Below are positions 61,741 through 64,000 of a stretch of 64,000 nucleotides of DNA, piece after piece. Origin of the DNA: an uncultured delta proteobacterium (GTDB lineage: Bacteria; Desulfobacterota; Desulfobacteria; Desulfobacterales; B30-G6); contig CAWGLD010000008.1 in the NCBI GenBank assembly GCA_963823335.1, positions 1 to 64,000 of the forward strand, given 5' to 3'. The notes beneath the pieces were generated by a model. That model was not told the origin of the DNA, ran no database searches, and saw nothing but the letters and a program-made list of their open reading frames with translations. The translations under genes were made by a program, and so were the position numbers. Each line of letters begins with the position of its first letter. Position 1 is the stretch's first letter.

Positions 61741-62622
61741 TTATTCCACGTTCTGGACCTGCTCCCGTATCTTTTCCAGTTCAGACTTTACGTTAACGAC
61801 CATGTGAGAAATATCTGTTTTCGCTGATTTGGACCCGATGGTATTGAATTCCCGATTGATTTCCTGCATCAAAAAATTGAGTTTATGTCCTGATGGGTCC
61901 CCTGCCGTGATAATTGCTTCAAATTGCGCCAGATGGCTGCGAACCCTGACAATCTCTTCTGAAATGTCACTTTTGTCTGTCAAAAACGCCGCCTCCTGCT
62001 CGACACGCCCATCATCCAGATCAACCCGCTGTTCGGTTAGAATCGATATGCGTTCCATCAAGCGCTGCTTGTAGTGCTCCAGGAGTCCGGAACTGTCTGC
62101 TTCGATCTGATCGATGCACTCCTTAAGAAACCGCAGTCGTTGCCTGAAATCGTTGGCGATAAAGGCACCTTCCTTTGACCGCATGGCATCCACATCCGCC
62201 AGTACTTTCTGCATGCAATCTGCCAGGCAGGCCCAGGTTTTGTCGACATCCGACGCAACCTCCTTTGGCTTGATAAGATCATTTCTTGTGGTAACCCACT
62301 CCATGGGTACCGGCCCTTCCAGATCCAGGAGCTTTTTTAGGGTTTTCAGCGCCTGATGAAAGGCCCTGGCTTTGGCTTCGTCCACTTCGAATGCCACCGC
62401 AGTCTCAGACAGGTCATCGATGTGAAGCTTCACATCGACCCGTCCCCTTGCCACGCACCCGCTGATCAGCGTTTTAATTCTTTCTTCGAGGACCTGGTAT
62501 CCCGGGGTCATTCGCAGCTGAATATCAAGATACCTGCTGTTGTAGGTTCTGATTTCAACCTTTATGGAAATATCGTCCATGGTTTGTTCAATATTTGCAA
62601 ACGCCGTCATGCTTTTGATCAT
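61741..62622 (-). CDS. yicC: YicC/YloC family endoribonuclease
   Basis: SMTAF, RGRVD, DISEE, QEINREFNTIGSK, REQVQNVE. Confidence 0.95.
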   Translation of the reverse strand: MIKSMTAFANIEQTMDDISIKVEIRTYNSRYLDIQLRMTPGYQVLEERIKTLISGCVARGRVDVKLHIDDLSETAVAFEVDEAKARAFHQALKTLKKLLDLEGPVPMEWVTTRNDLIKPKEVASDVDKTWACLADCMQKVLADVDAMRSKEGAFIANDFRQRLRFLKECIDQIEADSSGLLEHYKQRLMERISILTEQRVDLDDGRVEQEAAFLTDKSDISEEIVRVRSHLAQFEAIITAGDPSGHKLNFLMQEINREFNTIGSKSAKTDISHMVVNVKSELEKIREQVQNVE

Positions 62623-62680
62623 TGAAGGTTGGTTCCTTTCTCAGGTGGATAGCAATCGTATTCGACTATTTTCTTTCATG

Positions 62681-62850
62681 GGTGCCTTTCGCTCACTGCC
62701 GTCAGCTACCCTTGAACCCTCTTATCACCCTTGTATCACCCTCGAACCCTGGTTAGCCTTTTAGTGGTTTAGACTCATAGGTGCCTTTCGCTCACTGCCG
62801 TCAGCTACCCTTGAACCCTCTTATCACCCTTGTATCACCCTCGAACCCTG
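62681..62850. repeat. 71-bp direct repeat, 2 copies (62681-62751, 62780-62850)
   Basis: GGTGCCTTTCGCTCACTGCCGTCAGCTACCCTTGAACCC...CTCGAACCCTG identical in both. Confidence 0.9.
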
Positions 62851-63372
62851 TCTTTTCAAATCCATCGCATACTTTCCCCGAACACGCATTAAAAATGTCT
62901 GAACCCGATCTCCGGCATAGTCGGGAAAACTCCAGGGAAGCGATTCAAACCGGCCCTTGCGAAAAACAAGGGTCAGGTCTGCGTAAATCCCATTGCCTAT
63001 ATATATCCGATGGGCAAAATTTTTCCCGGTGGCAAGAACAAACCGTTCAAGGAGCAGATAACCCGGGTCGATATTGACAACCCGTTTCCCTTTGTCCGCA
63101 TAGTGTTTTTCGATTTCGTTGGTAAAAAGCTTGACCTGTGCAAGCTCGCTTTGTTGGACCAGCATTTCAAAAGCCATCATCCTCCGGTGAAGAGGCGCGC
63201 CCATTTCCGGTTCATAATAGCTTGTATGATCAAAGGGCATCCATTCGCTGACGATGTCCACATCGCCAAATCTTTCGATGAGATTTTCGACAACAGGTGT
63301 ACACAGGCTCTTTTCGTATAAAAAAAAACCGATGACGAGCTTGGCTGGTTTGGGGGGTCTTGGGTGGCTCAT
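62824..63372 (-). CDS. DUF4416 family protein
   Basis: YYEPEMG, NIDPGY, LATGKNFAHRIY, FPDY. Confidence 0.88.
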   Translation of the reverse strand: MSHPRPPKPAKLVIGFFLYEKSLCTPVVENLIERFGDVDIVSEWMPFDHTSYYEPEMGAPLHRRMMAFEMLVQQSELAQVKLFTNEIEKHYADKGKRVVNIDPGYLLLERFVLATGKNFAHRIYIGNGIYADLTLVFRKGRFESLPWSFPDYAGDRVQTFLMRVRGKYAMDLKRQGSRVIQG

Positions 63373-63413
63373 GGGTTCAGCTGCGGTTCAATCATTGGGC
63401 CATATGATACATT

Positions 63414-63584
63414 TCAGGCGATCGGTTTTGCCTCATCGATCAGCATAATGGGAATATCGTCCCTGATTTCATATCGTAGAAGGCAATGATCGCAGATGAG
63501 TCCGTTACCCGACTCGTCGAGATAAATGTCACCCTTACATTTCGGGCACGCCAGAATATCCAGAAGTTCCTGTTTGATCGCCAT
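63414..63584 (-). CDS. Trm112/YcaR family protein
   Basis: LLDILACPKCKG...IPIMLIDEA; GGAGG RBS. Confidence 0.93.
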   Translation of the reverse strand: MAIKQELLDILACPKCKGDIYLDESGNGLICDHCLLRYEIRDDIPIMLIDEAKPIA

Positions 63585-63631
63585 GCTTTCCTCCAATACC
63601 AACATCGCCGGGCATTGTTGTGAAATACGGT

Positions 63632-64000
63632 TCAATTATCATATTTTTCTCCAATTACGGCCATAAATTCCGCCTCGGCGACTTTCTTCCCATCCACCTT
63701 GGCAATACCGGTCATACGAACCGCTTTTGAGCGTATGTTGAGGATTTTTGATTCCAGTATCAATTGGTCCCCCGGCACCACCGGTTTTCTGAACCGGGCC
63801 TTGTCAATACCGGTAAAATAGACAAGCCGCCCTTTCAGTGTTTCCGGCAACGAGACATATGCCAGCACACCCCCGGCTTGTCCCATGGCCTCCAGGATCA
63901 GGACGCCGGGCATCACCGGCACCCCCGGGAAATGGCCCTGGAAAAAAGGTTCATTCATGCTGACATTTTTCAATGCCAGCACGCTTTTTCCCGGGTCGAG
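63632..64000 (-). CDS. fabZ: 3-hydroxyacyl-ACP dehydratase, 5' end outside window
   Basis: [28 protein letters not shown]. Confidence 0.95.
   Translation of the reverse strand, partial: LDPGKSVLALKNVSMNEPFFQGHFPGVPVMPGVLILEAMGQAGGVLAYVSLPETLKGRLVYFTGIDKARFRKPVVPGDQLILESKILNIRSKAVRMTGIAKVDGKKVAEAEFMAVIGEKYDN

Noticed and set aside
62681-62850. CRISPR array
   Set aside because: Only two units of 71 bp, too long, and no cas genes

Overview
Chromosomal segment that looks like a Desulfobacterota (deltaproteobacterial, Desulfobacterales-like) genome, inferred from gene order (rpsF-rpsR-DUF2232-rplI-dnaB, split atp operon, DUF4416-yicC-remA-gmk). It has three zones. (1) About 2-19 kb: a catabolic island with a divergent hut-like operon (hutU, PotABCD-type ABC importer, M20 hydrolase, hutH, hutI, small partner plus amidase), two non-pyrrolysine MttB-family methyltransferases, an Asp/Glu racemase-family gene and a GntR regulator. 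This is my best candidate for an undescribed system: anaerobic breakdown of a methylated or ring-substituted histidine. (2) About 21-40 kb: a Tad/Flp pilus locus with a sigma54-type promoter, a divergent c-di-GMP-type module (PilZ, MshEN-like ATPase) and a terminal protein made of about 15 18-aa YDPE repeats. (3) About 40-64 kb: housekeeping genes whose intergenic gaps hold several repeat families: a covarying two-hairpin element, TA-flanked MITEs, and internally deleted four-helix-bundle cassettes bracketed by inverted 7-8-mer arrays. Many genes between 2 and 36 kb are frameshifted and may be sequencing errors. All family calls come from motif recognition by eye; no searches were run.
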